DNA of 64,000 bases, from assembly GCA_009602735.1 (NCBI GenBank), contig WELA01001569.1, positions 1-64,000 of the forward strand. Direction: 5' to 3'. Origin of the DNA: Mesotaenium endlicherianum. Taxonomy: Eukaryota. Positions 46,166 through 56,682 of the stretch are shown here, in pieces (position 1 is the stretch's first letter; every line of letters starts with the position of its first letter). Position numbers and translations under genes: made by a program. The notes beneath the pieces were generated by a model, which was not told the origin of the DNA, searched no databases, and was given only the letters and a program-made list of their open reading frames with translations.

Positions 46166-49100
46166 GGTGACAGATTGAAGAGGCAGTCAGTAAGGGAGGC
46201 TGGTCAGGTTCAGTTCCCTTATTTAAAATTTCTGCAGTTTAATGTTGTCGAGGCGACAACAAGTTAAGTTGGAGGGATTGTAATGAATCAGTATATTAGT
46301 GGTTATAATATTTATTTAAATATAATAGTTAATCAAGTTCAGCCTGCTGAACTTTAGTTAGTAGTCAGTCTGCTGGACTTTACATAATTATCAGTTTAAT
46401 GACTCAGTAAAAAGCAGCAGGCTGAAAGTCCATATAAGTCAGCTTGCTGACACATTCTTTGACAGCAAGCTGACTTCCGTACTCGGTAGCAGCGAACTGC
46501 CTTGATATGCATCTAAGTGCGATATGCTAGATGAATAGCCAGATGACATCCCTATGATGGATGGCTATTCGGGATGATGGGAGATGGCGGTGGATTTGGT
46601 TAACCGAGGTCCTACCAACGTGGTTAACTCCCGGGTAGGCGGTGCCATCGCACTGACCGTTGAACAGTAAACTCATTCCATGTACATATGCTAGGCATTG
46701 CCCTCGAGTTCGGCATTCGGAAACGAGGCCAACTCTCTTGTACAGCTTACTGAGAGAGATCTGAATCCAAGGCGAGAAGCCATTGATACGCACTGTCTTC
46801 TAACCTTGCTTATGTATGAGTTTACTGATTTGCATCATTGATGCTAGTTTACTCGCATTTGACTTACGAGTATTATTCCCTGTTAGTGTATTGTCCTTTG
46901 CCGTTTAACTAGTTAACGGAAATACCATAAGATTACTTGCTGATATAAAGATCTTTATTAATTGTTAATCGCCTATTTGGTAAGTCGATTCATTTCAGAT
47001 TGCCCCTTCAGAGAGAAGTAGATCATAAGATTGATTTATTACCTGGGAGTCAACCACCTTGGCAACGTACATATGGCTTGTCTCATGTGGAGAGTGAAGA
47101 TTTAAAAACACATATTGCAGAGCTGGAGAAAAATGGTTATACTTCTCCCAGTAAATCACCTTACGGTGCGCCCATCTTATTTGTTAAGATGAAGTGTGAC
47201 GTTTCTGCTTTTCGGGAGGATCTTTTCCTCGATATTCAAGGAATGTTTAAATGAAGTGGAAAGAAAATCTATATTCTTGTGCAAATTGACAAATCCTCGA
47301 GAAAGCGAAAATGAAAACTAACTTAGAATGTGTGCTTGTGAGAGTTGCACTCAAAATGACTCTACAGGTATTTATACCTGCACAACGTGAGGCACTGGAG
47401 TGCTTCGAGTCACCACCTAGGGCACTGGTTCATGTTCAACGTAAACGGACGTAGGGGTACGACCCATTTGGCCGAATGCTCGAAACGCGCCGTTTGGCCG
47501 TTTGGTGACTTTTCGACGGTTTCCGAAAAACCGTTTCACGCCAAACGGGCGTATTTGCGTTCACGCGACTTTTTGAAAAGTCGCGACTGTTCGCGGAGTC
47601 GCGTACACGTGCTTTCGTCATGAATCAGTAGTTACAAATAACTACTTCGCCAATTGGTTAGGTGTGAACGTTTCAAAAGACGAGTCGCGGGTTCAAATCC
47701 GCTCGGATGCAAAATCGCATTGCATATTATGTGTCGTTTGACTTTTACGACTGTTTCTTCGTATTAACGACTGGTTGTAAATGCAAAATCTATGACTGTG
47801 CATTATGTCGCGACTTCTATCCGTTTGACGGTGCCGCACACGCAGCGCAAGCTACGGCCACCCAGGTACGGAAAGTCAACGTTGACTCACCGACCACTTG
47901 ACTGACTACGTCGCAGTCAGCGGTTATGTCGGCGTCAAGACCACTGGCAAGGGGTCAATGTCAATGTGCCCCACACCCAGGGATGGGGGAGGTTTTGACA
48001 GCATAGACAGCCGCGAGGCTAGAAGCTAGGGATTAGTGATGAGCCGCCCAGCAGGTACCAAGTCAGGTACTGTGTGACTGGCAGATTAAGCCAGGTCAAG
48101 CCCGCAATGCCCAGATAGGTTACGGCCGCCCGGTTGGGAATCTTGAGCACGTGGCATTTGCTTGTACACGTCGCTCAGGAGTTCTTAGCCATGAGCCAAT
48201 TAGGCGTGACTGCCAGCTGAGAAGCTAAGCAGCCACGCGCGACAGTCACGAGGTGTGCATGCATGCCGAGTGACTACGAGTTTGAGTTGAGCATGGCTAG
48301 GCAGAAGCGACATGCAGCTAAGCTTTGTGATTAAGCACGGCATTCTCAAAAGATGACGCTCTGTGGTGCCTGCGGAAGGCACGAATCTTGCCTGAGACAT
48401 GTCATTCACTCTCACGCACTTTTGCCAAGAACCAGAAGGAGCAGAAGGAGCAGAAAGAAGGAGAAGAAGGGCGCGAAGAAGAAGAAGGAGTTCCCAAGGC
48501 CATTGGAGAGCCGAGGCCCCACGCTTCTGCCGACGCTGAAGATTCTTCTCAGTGTATCATAGATAAGTTAGGATTGTAGGAGTTCCCAAGAGGGAATCTC
48601 ACTGTTGAAAGTAGGAGAACTGCAAAATAGAATCTGCTAGGAGGTTAGCGCAGATTCGGCCGAACGCCACTAGTGTGGGTGAAGCAGCCTTAAAATGGTG
48701 AGTTGTGTGTTAGTTTCCAAGTTCTCAGAAGTCGCATTCGCATCTCGAAGAGAAAGAGTAGTATTGGCAGATAAAGCTCTCAGTGAAGAACTGAGTGAGC
48801 CTAGCCTGGCAGTGAAGAGCTGTTAAGGCGCGGTGTTAAGTGAAGAGCTTGACCCAAGCCAGCATAGACATGTAGTTTCAGAGTTTTGTAAGCTGAGACT
48901 TTGTGAAAGTTAAGCGAAAGCCTGAAGGGCAATTTTCTTTGAATCTGACGTTGTATGTCAAGCTGCTTGAAGTGTGATTTTTGCAAATTACGATTTGCTC
49001 GCCTGTGAACCCAAGAACCTTAAGGCATAAAGCCTATGTGGAAGTAAGAGACTTCCGTCCTTATAAGAGGAATTAAGGCAAGGCAAGTATTTTTAAAAAA

Positions 49101-49564
49101 AATTGCTAAGTCTTAGGATAAGTAGATGGTGGGTGTAGTGAAACAGATAGATAAAGTACTTAGTGAAACATAATAGTTTATCTATTCAAGACAAAGATCT
49201 TTGAACACAAGTGGTAGCTTCTTGAAAGAGAGATGGCTTCTTGAAAGTTAATATACTTCTGGATTTTGGCAAGTACAAGAGTGATTCTGGAATGTCTTTC
49301 TATGTTCTAGCTCTTGTTTATATACTTGCTACACAAGTAATTTCTAGGAAAGTGTATGTTGATGTGTTGGCACCCAACACATCCCAAAACTTGCCACCTC
49401 TTTCTAGAATAATGTACACATGTCCTTTTGACCTAAAAATGGCACATTTGACTTTTGCCACATGGAGTTCTTCTAGGTCTTTCCTCTAACTTCGAAAATG
49501 CCTTGGAAGGTTCAAAGGACATGAACCAAGTTACTAGAGTACCTATTCACACTTGACTCCACAC

Positions 49565-49863
49565 NNNNNNNNNNNNNNNNNNNNNNNNNNNNNNNNNNNN
49601 NNNNNNNNNNNNNNNNNNNNNNNNNNNNNNNNNNNNNNNNNNNNNNNNNNNNNNNNNNNNNNNNNNNNNNNNNNNNNNNNNNNNNNNNNNNNNNNNNNNN
49701 NNNNNNNNNNNNNNNNNNNNNNNNNNNNNNNNNNNNNNNNNNNNNNNNNNNNNNNNNNNNNNNNNNNNNNNNNNNNNNNNNNNNNNNNNNNNNNNNNNNN
49801 NNNNNNNNNNNNNNNNNNNNNNNNNNNNNNNNNNNNNNNNNNNNNNNNNNNNNNNNNNNNNNN
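49565..49863. other. Assembly gap (N run) between duplicated B-LTR segments
   Basis: N run. Confidence 0.99.
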
Positions 49864-50505
49864 GTGGTAGCTTCTTGAAAGAGAGATGGCTTCTTGAAAG
49901 TTAATATACTTCTGGATTTTGGCAAGTACAAGAGTGATTCTGGAATGTCTTTCTATGTTCTAGCTCTTGTTTATATACTTGCTACACAAGTAATTTCTAG
50001 GAAAGTGTATGTTGATGTGTTGGCACCCAACACATCCCAAAACTTGCCACCTCTTTCTAGAATAATGTACACATGTCCTTTTGACCTAAAAATGGCACAT
50101 TTGACTTTTGCCACATGGAGTTCTTCTAGGTCTTTCCTCTAACTTCGAAAATGCCTTGGAAGGTTCAAAGGACATGTGTAGTGAAACAGATAGATAAAGT
50201 ACTTAGTAAAACAGAATAGTTTATCTACCAGAGTCTTGAGTTTCAGAGCATTCCAAGTTCAGGGGAAGGCACAATGTCAGAAGGCATATTCTGCCCTAAC
50301 AATGCCAGCAGCCTGACCCCCTTCTACTTAGAGCATCATATCTCTCTCACCAGTGCTTCAAATTGAGCAAACTTGGACTCTAAATGACCGGCTACTCATG
50401 GACTACAGCCAGGTAAATTTTCAGAATTTATTATGCAGAGACCTATCACCAGTAGCAGTTTTAGTTTTCTGTCCAGAAACTGCAAGAACAGAAGAGTGTC
50501 TAATG

Positions 50506-53500
50506 TCAATTTTTCCTCTTTCTTGTTCTTGCAGGCTGCCTCCAAGGGGTCTTCTGCTGCTTCTTGATGGTGGCAGGCTGCCTCCCTGAAGTCTTCGGGC
50601 TTCTAGTAGAGAGACTTGGGGCTGGTCCAAGATGGGGGTTGGCGGCATGGAAGCGCTTCAACTTTCTCTGAACTTTGTCAAGGTAGTGCGCCGCCACCCA
50701 ACTATTCTCCGAATCTGGATATCCTTTCCACTTGATCAAGTATTGCTGCTGTCTCCTGAAATTTCTCATAGCCACTATGTCTTCCACTTCGTACTCCAAA
50801 TGATCATCCACTATTGTTGGGGCTGGTGGGGTTGTCACACGTCCTGGGAACTTGTTGTCGGGTTGCACATATGGCTTGAAGAGGGAAGCGTGGAATACGG
50901 GGTCGATGTGCATAGTCTGGGGAAGTTCTAGCTTGAAAGCAACGGGGTTGACTTGCTGGATAATCTTGAAGGGTCCCAAATACTTGGGAGAGAACTTGCT
51001 GCCGGCAGGCCTGTTGTTCAGGGAAATGTTCTTGGATGATAGTAACACGTTGTCACCCACTCTGTACGTAATTTCTCTTCTGGATCTGTTCGCCACTCTT
51101 GCTTGAGCATCTTGCGCGTGTTGTAGAGCTTTCTTCGCTGCTGTAAGGGCTGCTTCTAATGTCTCCATAAAATCTGTGGCTGCAGGTACTTCATCATGGC
51201 CAGCCGTGAAGCTCAGTGGCGTGGTCGGATGGAAGCCATAGTTGAGGAAGAATGGGGACTCTTGGGTAGAGGCCTGCGTAGTGTTGTTGTAGGCAAACTC
51301 GAGGGGGGTCAAGTACATGTCCCAGTCTTGCTCGAGGGTAGACACGTAGGCCTTTAGAGAGGTCTTTAGGGTACGATTCATACGCTCGGTTTGCCCATCT
51401 GATTGTGGGTGGTAGGCAGTAGACATATCCAGCGATGTACCCAAGTTCTTGAAGAGATTTTTCCAGAAATGGCTTGTGAATCTTGGATCTCTATCTGACA
51501 CAATTCTTGATGGTAGTCCATGGAGTCGGAAGATGTTGTCAAAGATGAGTCTTGCAAGTTGTGGTGCTGTAGCCTTAGTCGTCGTGGGAATAAAATGAGC
51601 CATCTTGGTAAGTCTGTCCACCGCCGTGAGTATTGCATTATGGCCTCGAGGTGTCACGGGCAAGTCCACGATAAGGTCCATTGAGATGTCCGTCCATTGT
51701 CTTTCGGGGATTGGTAGTGGTTGGAGGAGTCCTCCCGCCTTTTGCGATGATGGCTTGATTCTTTGGCATGTGTCACAGCTCCTGCAGTACTCCTTGACTT
51801 GCTTAGACATGCCTGGCCAACAATAAGTCCTAGCTAGAACGCCCGTGGTCCTTAGGATTCCAAAGTGTCCTCCAAGAGGGTTGTCGTGTGCTTCTCGTAG
51901 AAGCAAGAGCCGGAGGTCTAAGTCATTAGGAACACATCTCTGGCCCGTATCTTGCCTCACCCAATAATTGCCTTCTTGCTTCTTGCATGGGTCCAAGGCT
52001 GCTTCTCCGTTCTTGTAGTAAGGGTCTCTTTCATAGGCGGCTGAAAATCGAGCTTCCAGATCTGTCTTCAGGGATACCATCACTGCATTTAATTGCAGTC
52101 TTGAGAGGGGGTCAGCCGGGTTTGTCTTGCCGGGCTGGTACTGAATCGTGATGTTGTATTGTTGCAAGTATCCGCTCCATCTTGCTTGTCTCCTTGAGAG
52201 ATACGGCTGCGTTTGGAGGTGCTTTAACGCCTCGTGGTCCGTGGTGACCAGTACTTTGCGTCCTTCAACGTAGCAGCGCCAAACCTTCAAGGCATGTACA
52301 ATCGCCAATGCCTCTCGCTCCGTGGTTGTATAATTTTGCTCGGCTGGATTTAGCTTCCTTGACTCGTAGGCGATGGGCTGCAGTCCCTTGCCTTGGTCTT
52401 GAAGCAGGATTGCTCCTATTGCATAGGAAGATGCATCGGTGATGACGTGGAAGGGCCAATCTGGGTTTGGACTTGGGAGTGTGAGCACCGGGGATGTGGT
52501 CAATCTTCGCTTTAACTCTTGAAATGCCTCTTCCTCTTTCTCGGTCCATGTATATAGCCTGTCCTTCTTGAGTAGATCTGTCAGGGGGGCTGCTATGTGC
52601 GAGAAGCCTTGGATGAATTTTCTGTACCAATTGGCAAATCCCAAGAATGACTGGAGTTCTTTCTTGGTCGTGGGGGTTGGCCATTCCTCCACCACCGTGG
52701 TCTTCTTGGGGTCTATCTTGATGCCATCAGCAGTCACGTGGAGACCTAGGAACTCCACTTCTTGTTTGGCAAACTCGCATTTTGACTCCTTCGCAAACAG
52801 CTTGTTTTGCTTCAATACTTCAAGGACTTCTTTCAAGTGTCTCGCATGCTCTTCAAGGGTCTTGCTGTAGATAAGGATGTCATCGATGAATACCACCACA
52901 AATCTGTCCAACATGGGCTGAAATATGGTGTTCATCATAGTCATGAAAGTTGCTGGCGCGTTGGTGAGTCCAAATGGCAGGACCATGAACTCAAAATGTC
53001 CATATCTTGTCCTGAATGCCGTCTTCTCTATGTCCGGTTCTGCGATGCGAATCTGGTGGTAGCCGCTCCGTAAGTCAATCTTCGTGAAGTACTTGGCTCC
53101 AACCAGCCGGTCCATGAGCTCATCCATGCGCGGCAGCGGGTATCGATTCTTGATGGTGATCTTGTTGAGGGCGCGATAGTCCACACACATCCTCAAGGTA
53201 CCATCTTTCTTCTTGACAAATAGCACCGGGGCTCCAAATGGCGACTTGCTAGGTCGAATGAAGCCATGCTCCAGTAGCTCCTTGATTTGCTTCTTGACTT
53301 CGTCTAGCTCCGTGTATGACATTTTGAACGTAGGCCGAGAGATGGGCTTGCTTCCGGGCTCCAACTCTATCTTGTGGTCTACGAATCTTTTGGGGGGTAG
53401 GCCCTTGGGCAATTCCGGGGAGAACACTTCTTTGTAGTCCTCTAAGACTTCTTGTATCTCCTTGGGAACGGGGCTGCCTTCTTGACTCTCGATGTCTTTC

Positions 53501-54114
53501 TTGATGTCTTTTGGCGTGATCAAGGCCAAAAGAAGCTCGTGTCCCTTCCTCACAAGTCTCTTGAGTTGGAGGGCGGACAATAGTATCTCGTGTGCCGGCT
53601 TCTGGATGTCTTGGGTCTGGATATTCTGGATTGCGCGCAAAATACAGATTCTTGAAGTGATGTCATTCTTGATCTTGATAGTACCGGTCCTCCAATCAAC
53701 TTGGGGGTTGTGCTTGGTCAACCAAGGCGTCCCTAGGATGACGTCGTACTTGCCCAATTGCATGGGGGAGAACACTACTCTATCCTTGAAGGACTTGATA
53801 GAGAGTGCCAAGGGGTACGTCTTCTTGGAAGGGGTAGTATAGGAGAATCCATCGGGCATCATAATCTCCTCGTCGTGGTCAAGAGTTCGCATAGTAATAC
53901 CGTGCTTGGTGGCAAAATCTGCAGCAATGAAGTTGCCTTGAGCTCCGCTATCCACCAAGATGTGGACCTTCTCTCCTCCAAGGTAACCTCTCAAACTCAT
54001 TGGGGCTGGAACGTCGTCTTCAACGGGGGTCTCCACCTCACTTGGCGTGTTGCCTTCTCGTGAAGTGGGTCTTGGGGTGGTAGGCTCCTGGCCTACCGGC
54101 GCTGTCCGTTTTTT
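50506..54114 (-). CDS. pol: B1 Pol (PR-RT-RNaseH-IN-chromodomain), intact, -1 frame relative to gag
   Basis: [32 protein letters not shown] integrase, GPF, chromodomain EYEVEDIV...YLIKWKGY...SW and a basic tail. Confidence 0.95.
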   Translation of the reverse strand, partial: KKRTAPVGQEPTTPRPTSREGNTPSEVETPVEDDVPAPMSLRGYLGGEKVHILVDSGAQGNFIAADFATKHGITMRTLDHDEEIMMPDGFSYTTPSKKTYPLALSIKSFKDRVVFSPMQLGKYDVILGTPWLTKHNPQVDWRTGTIKIKNDITSRICILRAIQNIQTQDIQKPAHEILLSALQLKRLVRKGHELLLALITPKDIKKDIESQEGSPVPKEIQEVLEDYKEVFSPELPKGLPPKRFVDHKIELEPGSKPISRPTFKMSYTELDEVKKQIKELLEHGFIRPSKSPFGAPVLFVKKKDGTLRMCVDYRALNKITIKNRYPLPRMDELMDRLVGAKYFTKIDLRSGYHQIRIAEPDIEKTAFRTRYGHFEFMVLPFGLTNAPATFMTMMNTIFQPMLDRFVVVFIDDILIYSKTLEEHARHLKEVLEVLKQNKLFAKESKCEFAKQEVEFLGLHVTADGIKIDPKKTTVVEEWPTPTTKKELQSFLGFANWYRKFIQGFSHIAAPLTDLLKKDRLYTWTEKEEEAFQELKRRLTTSPVLTLPSPNPDWPFHVITDASSYAIGAILLQDQGKGLQPIAYESRKLNPAEQNYTTTEREALAIVHALKVWRCYVEGRKVLVTTDHEALKHLQTQPYLSRRQARWSGYLQQYNITIQYQPGKTNPADPLSRLQLNAVMVSLKTDLEARFSAAYERDPYYKNGEAALDPCKKQEGNYWVRQDTGQRCVPNDLDLRLLLLREAHDNPLGGHFGILRTTGVLARTYCWPGMSKQVKEYCRSCDTCQRIKPSSQKAGGLLQPLPIPERQWTDISMDLIVDLPVTPRGHNAILTAVDRLTKMAHFIPTTTKATAPQLARLIFDNIFRLHGLPSRIVSDRDPRFTSHFWKNLFKNLGTSLDMSTAYHPQSDGQTERMNRTLKTSLKAYVSTLEQDWDMYLTPLEFAYNNTTQASTQESPFFLNYGFHPTTPLSFTAGHDEVPAATDFMETLEAALTAAKKALQHAQDAQARVANRSRREITYRVGDNVLLSSKNISLNNRPAGSKFSPKYLGPFKIIQQVNPVAFKLELPQTMHIDPVFHASLFKPYVQPDNKFPGRVTTPPAPTIVDDHLEYEVEDIVAMRNFRRQQQYLIKWKGYPDSENSWVAAHYLDKVQRKLKRFHAANPHLGPAPSLSTRSPKTSGRQPATIKKQQKTPWRQPARTRKRKN

Positions 54115-55373
54115 GACAACTTTTTGGGGCATGAAAGTGCACGATGGCCCTTTTCCTTGCAATAAAAGCATAGTCCAGCCGTCATGAGAGCTTCTTTTTC
54201 AGCCGGGGAGAGTCTTGCTTTCACTCCTTGCTGGTTTCTTGCATCATAAGTGTCATTGGAGGGTCTTCCACTCTTCCGGGCAGCCGCGGGGTCCCTTTTA
54301 ATAACTCCGATTTCCATGGGTGTGGGTCCAGATTCGGATGTGGAAGGGGCTGCGTACACCCGCGTCGTCGGTACCCGTGAAGATGAAGGCACGGAGTGCT
54401 TGAAATCCAAGGTATCCACCTTTTGGGCCACTTCAATGATCTTTGAGAAGTCCGTCAAGTCGCGTAACTCCACTTCCTTTGCCACCTTGGGTTTGAGGCC
54501 AAAGATGTAGCGGTCAATCTTCTCCTCGAGAGACATGTTGGGGATCTCAAGAGTGAGGGCGTGAAATCTGGATGTATACTCTTGAACGGACGTCGTTTGC
54601 TTGAGATGGTGGAGCTTTCCTCGGGCAATCTTCTCCGCATTGATGGGCATGAATTGCTTCTTGAGGGCCTCACGAAAATCTGCCCATCTTGCATATGATG
54701 GTGGGGGCTCTTGGCCGAGCATGGGGTGCGCCATAGCTTGATATATAGCCGCTTGATAGTTACGCCACCATGATGTTGCTGCTCCTCTAAGTAAGGTAAC
54801 GGCAAAGGGAACGTAGTCCTCCTCGGGTACTTCAAGGAATGCGAGGTACGTCTCCACTTGGTAGAGCCATAAATTCAGGTTGGCACCTTTCCCGGGGTTG
54901 AAAGTGTCGGGTTTGCCGGGCTTGATGAGTTTCCTTGCTCTCGTTGGCTCTTGTGGAGGCGCTTGAGCCGGGGCTGGATTTTGAGCATTGCTCGCAATAG
55001 GGGCAACCATGGCAGCCATAGCTTCTCTTGACGCTTGCACGGTTGCTTCATAGGTGGCCAAGCCCACTTGGTTGTGGACGGTCATTAGGAAGGCTGCCCA
55101 CTCATTTGCGGGAACTCCTTGTGGTGGGGTCAACTTTGCTATAGCGGCTGCCACGGGATTTGACGGTGCTCCTCCTTGTGGTGCTTCTTGTTGTTGGAGA
55201 TTTCCTTGAGTAGGCTCTCCCATCGACGCTGGAGGAGGGTGTGCTCCTCCTTGTGGTGCTTCTTGTTGTTGCAGATTTTCTTGAGTGGGCTCTCCCATCG
55301 GCGCTGGAGGAGGGTGTCTTGGAGAGGAAGGGCTTCCTTCGAAAGCTTGCTGTTGGTCTTGAGGATCGGCCAT
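54093..55373 (-). CDS. gag: B1 Gag, 426 aa
   Basis: [27 protein letters not shown] and [14 protein letters not shown]. Confidence 0.95.
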   Translation of the reverse strand: MADPQDQQQAFEGSPSSPRHPPPAPMGEPTQENLQQQEAPQGGAHPPPASMGEPTQGNLQQQEAPQGGAPSNPVAAAIAKLTPPQGVPANEWAAFLMTVHNQVGLATYEATVQASREAMAAMVAPIASNAQNPAPAQAPPQEPTRARKLIKPGKPDTFNPGKGANLNLWLYQVETYLAFLEVPEEDYVPFAVTLLRGAATSWWRNYQAAIYQAMAHPMLGQEPPPSYARWADFREALKKQFMPINAEKIARGKLHHLKQTTSVQEYTSRFHALTLEIPNMSLEEKIDRYIFGLKPKVAKEVELRDLTDFSKIIEVAQKVDTLDFKHSVPSSSRVPTTRVYAAPSTSESGPTPMEIGVIKRDPAAARKSGRPSNDTYDARNQQGVKARLSPAEKEALMTAGLCFYCKEKGHRALSCPKKLSKNGQRR

Positions 55374-55950
55374 CTTCTTGTGCTACCAAAGTGCCTAGCT
55401 CCGATACCACTGTAGTGAAACAGATAGATAAAGTACTTAGTAAAACAGAATACTTTATCTATTCAAGACAAGGATCTTTGAACACAAGTGGTAGCTTCTT
55501 GAAAGAGAGATGGCTTCTTGAAAGTTAATATATTTCTGGATTTTGGCAAGTACAAGAGTGATTCTGGAATGTCTTTCTATGTTCTAGCTCTTGTTTATAT
55601 ACTTGCTACATAAGTAATTTCTAGGAAGGTGTATGTTGATGTGTTGGCACCCAACACATCCCAAAACTTGCCACCTCTTTCTAGAATAATGTACACATGT
55701 CCTTTTGACCTAAAAATGGCACATTTGACTTTTGCCACATGGAGTTCTTCTAGGTCTTTCCTCTAACTTCGAAAATGCCTTGGAAGGTTCAAAGGACATG
55801 AACCAAGTTACTAGAGTACCTATTCACACTTGACTCCACACAATACTACTCCAAATATATTTGAAAACATTAAAATATATGCAAACTAATATATAATAAC
55901 TCAAATCACTACATCACCCCCCCGATAGAAAAAGCGACGTCTCGGCGCGT

Positions 55951-56073
55951 CAAGTCAGGTCTTACACATGTGGAGCAAACTAGTCAACAGTTTCAAGTCA
56001 GATGCCACACATGTGAAGAGGACTAGTCAAAGGCGCCAAGTCAGGTGCTACACATGTAAGGTAGACTAGGCAA
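55951..56073. repeat. Three imperfect 43-bp tandem units in the B 3' UTR next to the PPT
   Basis: Units start at 55951, 55994 and 56037, each caagtcag-N5-acacatgt-N7-actag.caa. Confidence 0.8.
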
Positions 56074-56682
56074 GGTCGTAGGTGGTGTGACCTTATTGGC
56101 TAGCCTACTCCTTAATGATAAAGAAAATTGTACAAGTTGGCCCAGAATCTGCCACGAACTCAAAAATTCATAGCGGCCACAGAACTGCTCCAAATCTGAA
56201 AATTCGAGTGCCAGACGGACCGCGTCGGAGAACTCTACCGGGTCACCAAATTTGAGAGCATTCTCATTTCTGGAGTGTCGTTGAGAGCTGAGAGAGTAGG
56301 CACTCCTCCAAATCTGTGCAGAAACTTCTGAAAATCATAAGTCCTTCTATACTTCTCCAAATTCTGCAAACTAAGTCTCAAACTGGGCGCTGTAAGATGT
56401 TCTACCAGAGTCTTGAGTTTCAGAGCATTCCAAGTTCAGGGGAGGGCACAATGTCAGAAGGCATATTCTGCCCTAACAATGCCAGCAGCCTGACCCCCTT
56501 CTACTTAGAGCATCATATCTCTCTCACCAGTGCTCCAAATTGAGCAAACTTGGACTCTAAATGACCGGCTACTCATGGACTACAGCCAGGTAAATTTTCA
56601 GAATTTATTATGCAGAGACCTATTACCAGTAGCAGTTTTAGTTTTCTGTCCAGAAACTGCGAGAAGAGAAGAGTGTCTAATG

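Larger units (their letters stand above)
38204..46997 (+). mobile_element. Intact full-length chromovirus-type Ty3/gypsy element A2 with a third ORF
   Basis: LTRs 38204-38923 and 46279-46997 are near-identical. Perfect 5-bp TSD gattg (38199-38203; 46998-47002), PBS 38925-38936, PPT-like ttaagttggaggga before the 3' LTR, and open gag, pol and ORF3. Confidence 0.97.
35109..47194 (+). mobile_element. Degenerate Ty3/gypsy element A1 (5' part), interrupted by A2 and then by D
   Basis: 5' LTR 35109-35835 (tgtaatga...tcatttca), PBS 35837-35847, broken gag and protease up to 38203. Pol resumes at 46998-47194 ([21 protein letters not shown]...[11 protein letters not shown]). Confidence 0.9.

Noticed and set aside
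49241..50142. Two identical 82-aa ORFs
   Set aside because: They are non-ATG frames within duplicated B-LTR sequence flanking an assembly gap, and the duplication may itself be an artefact.
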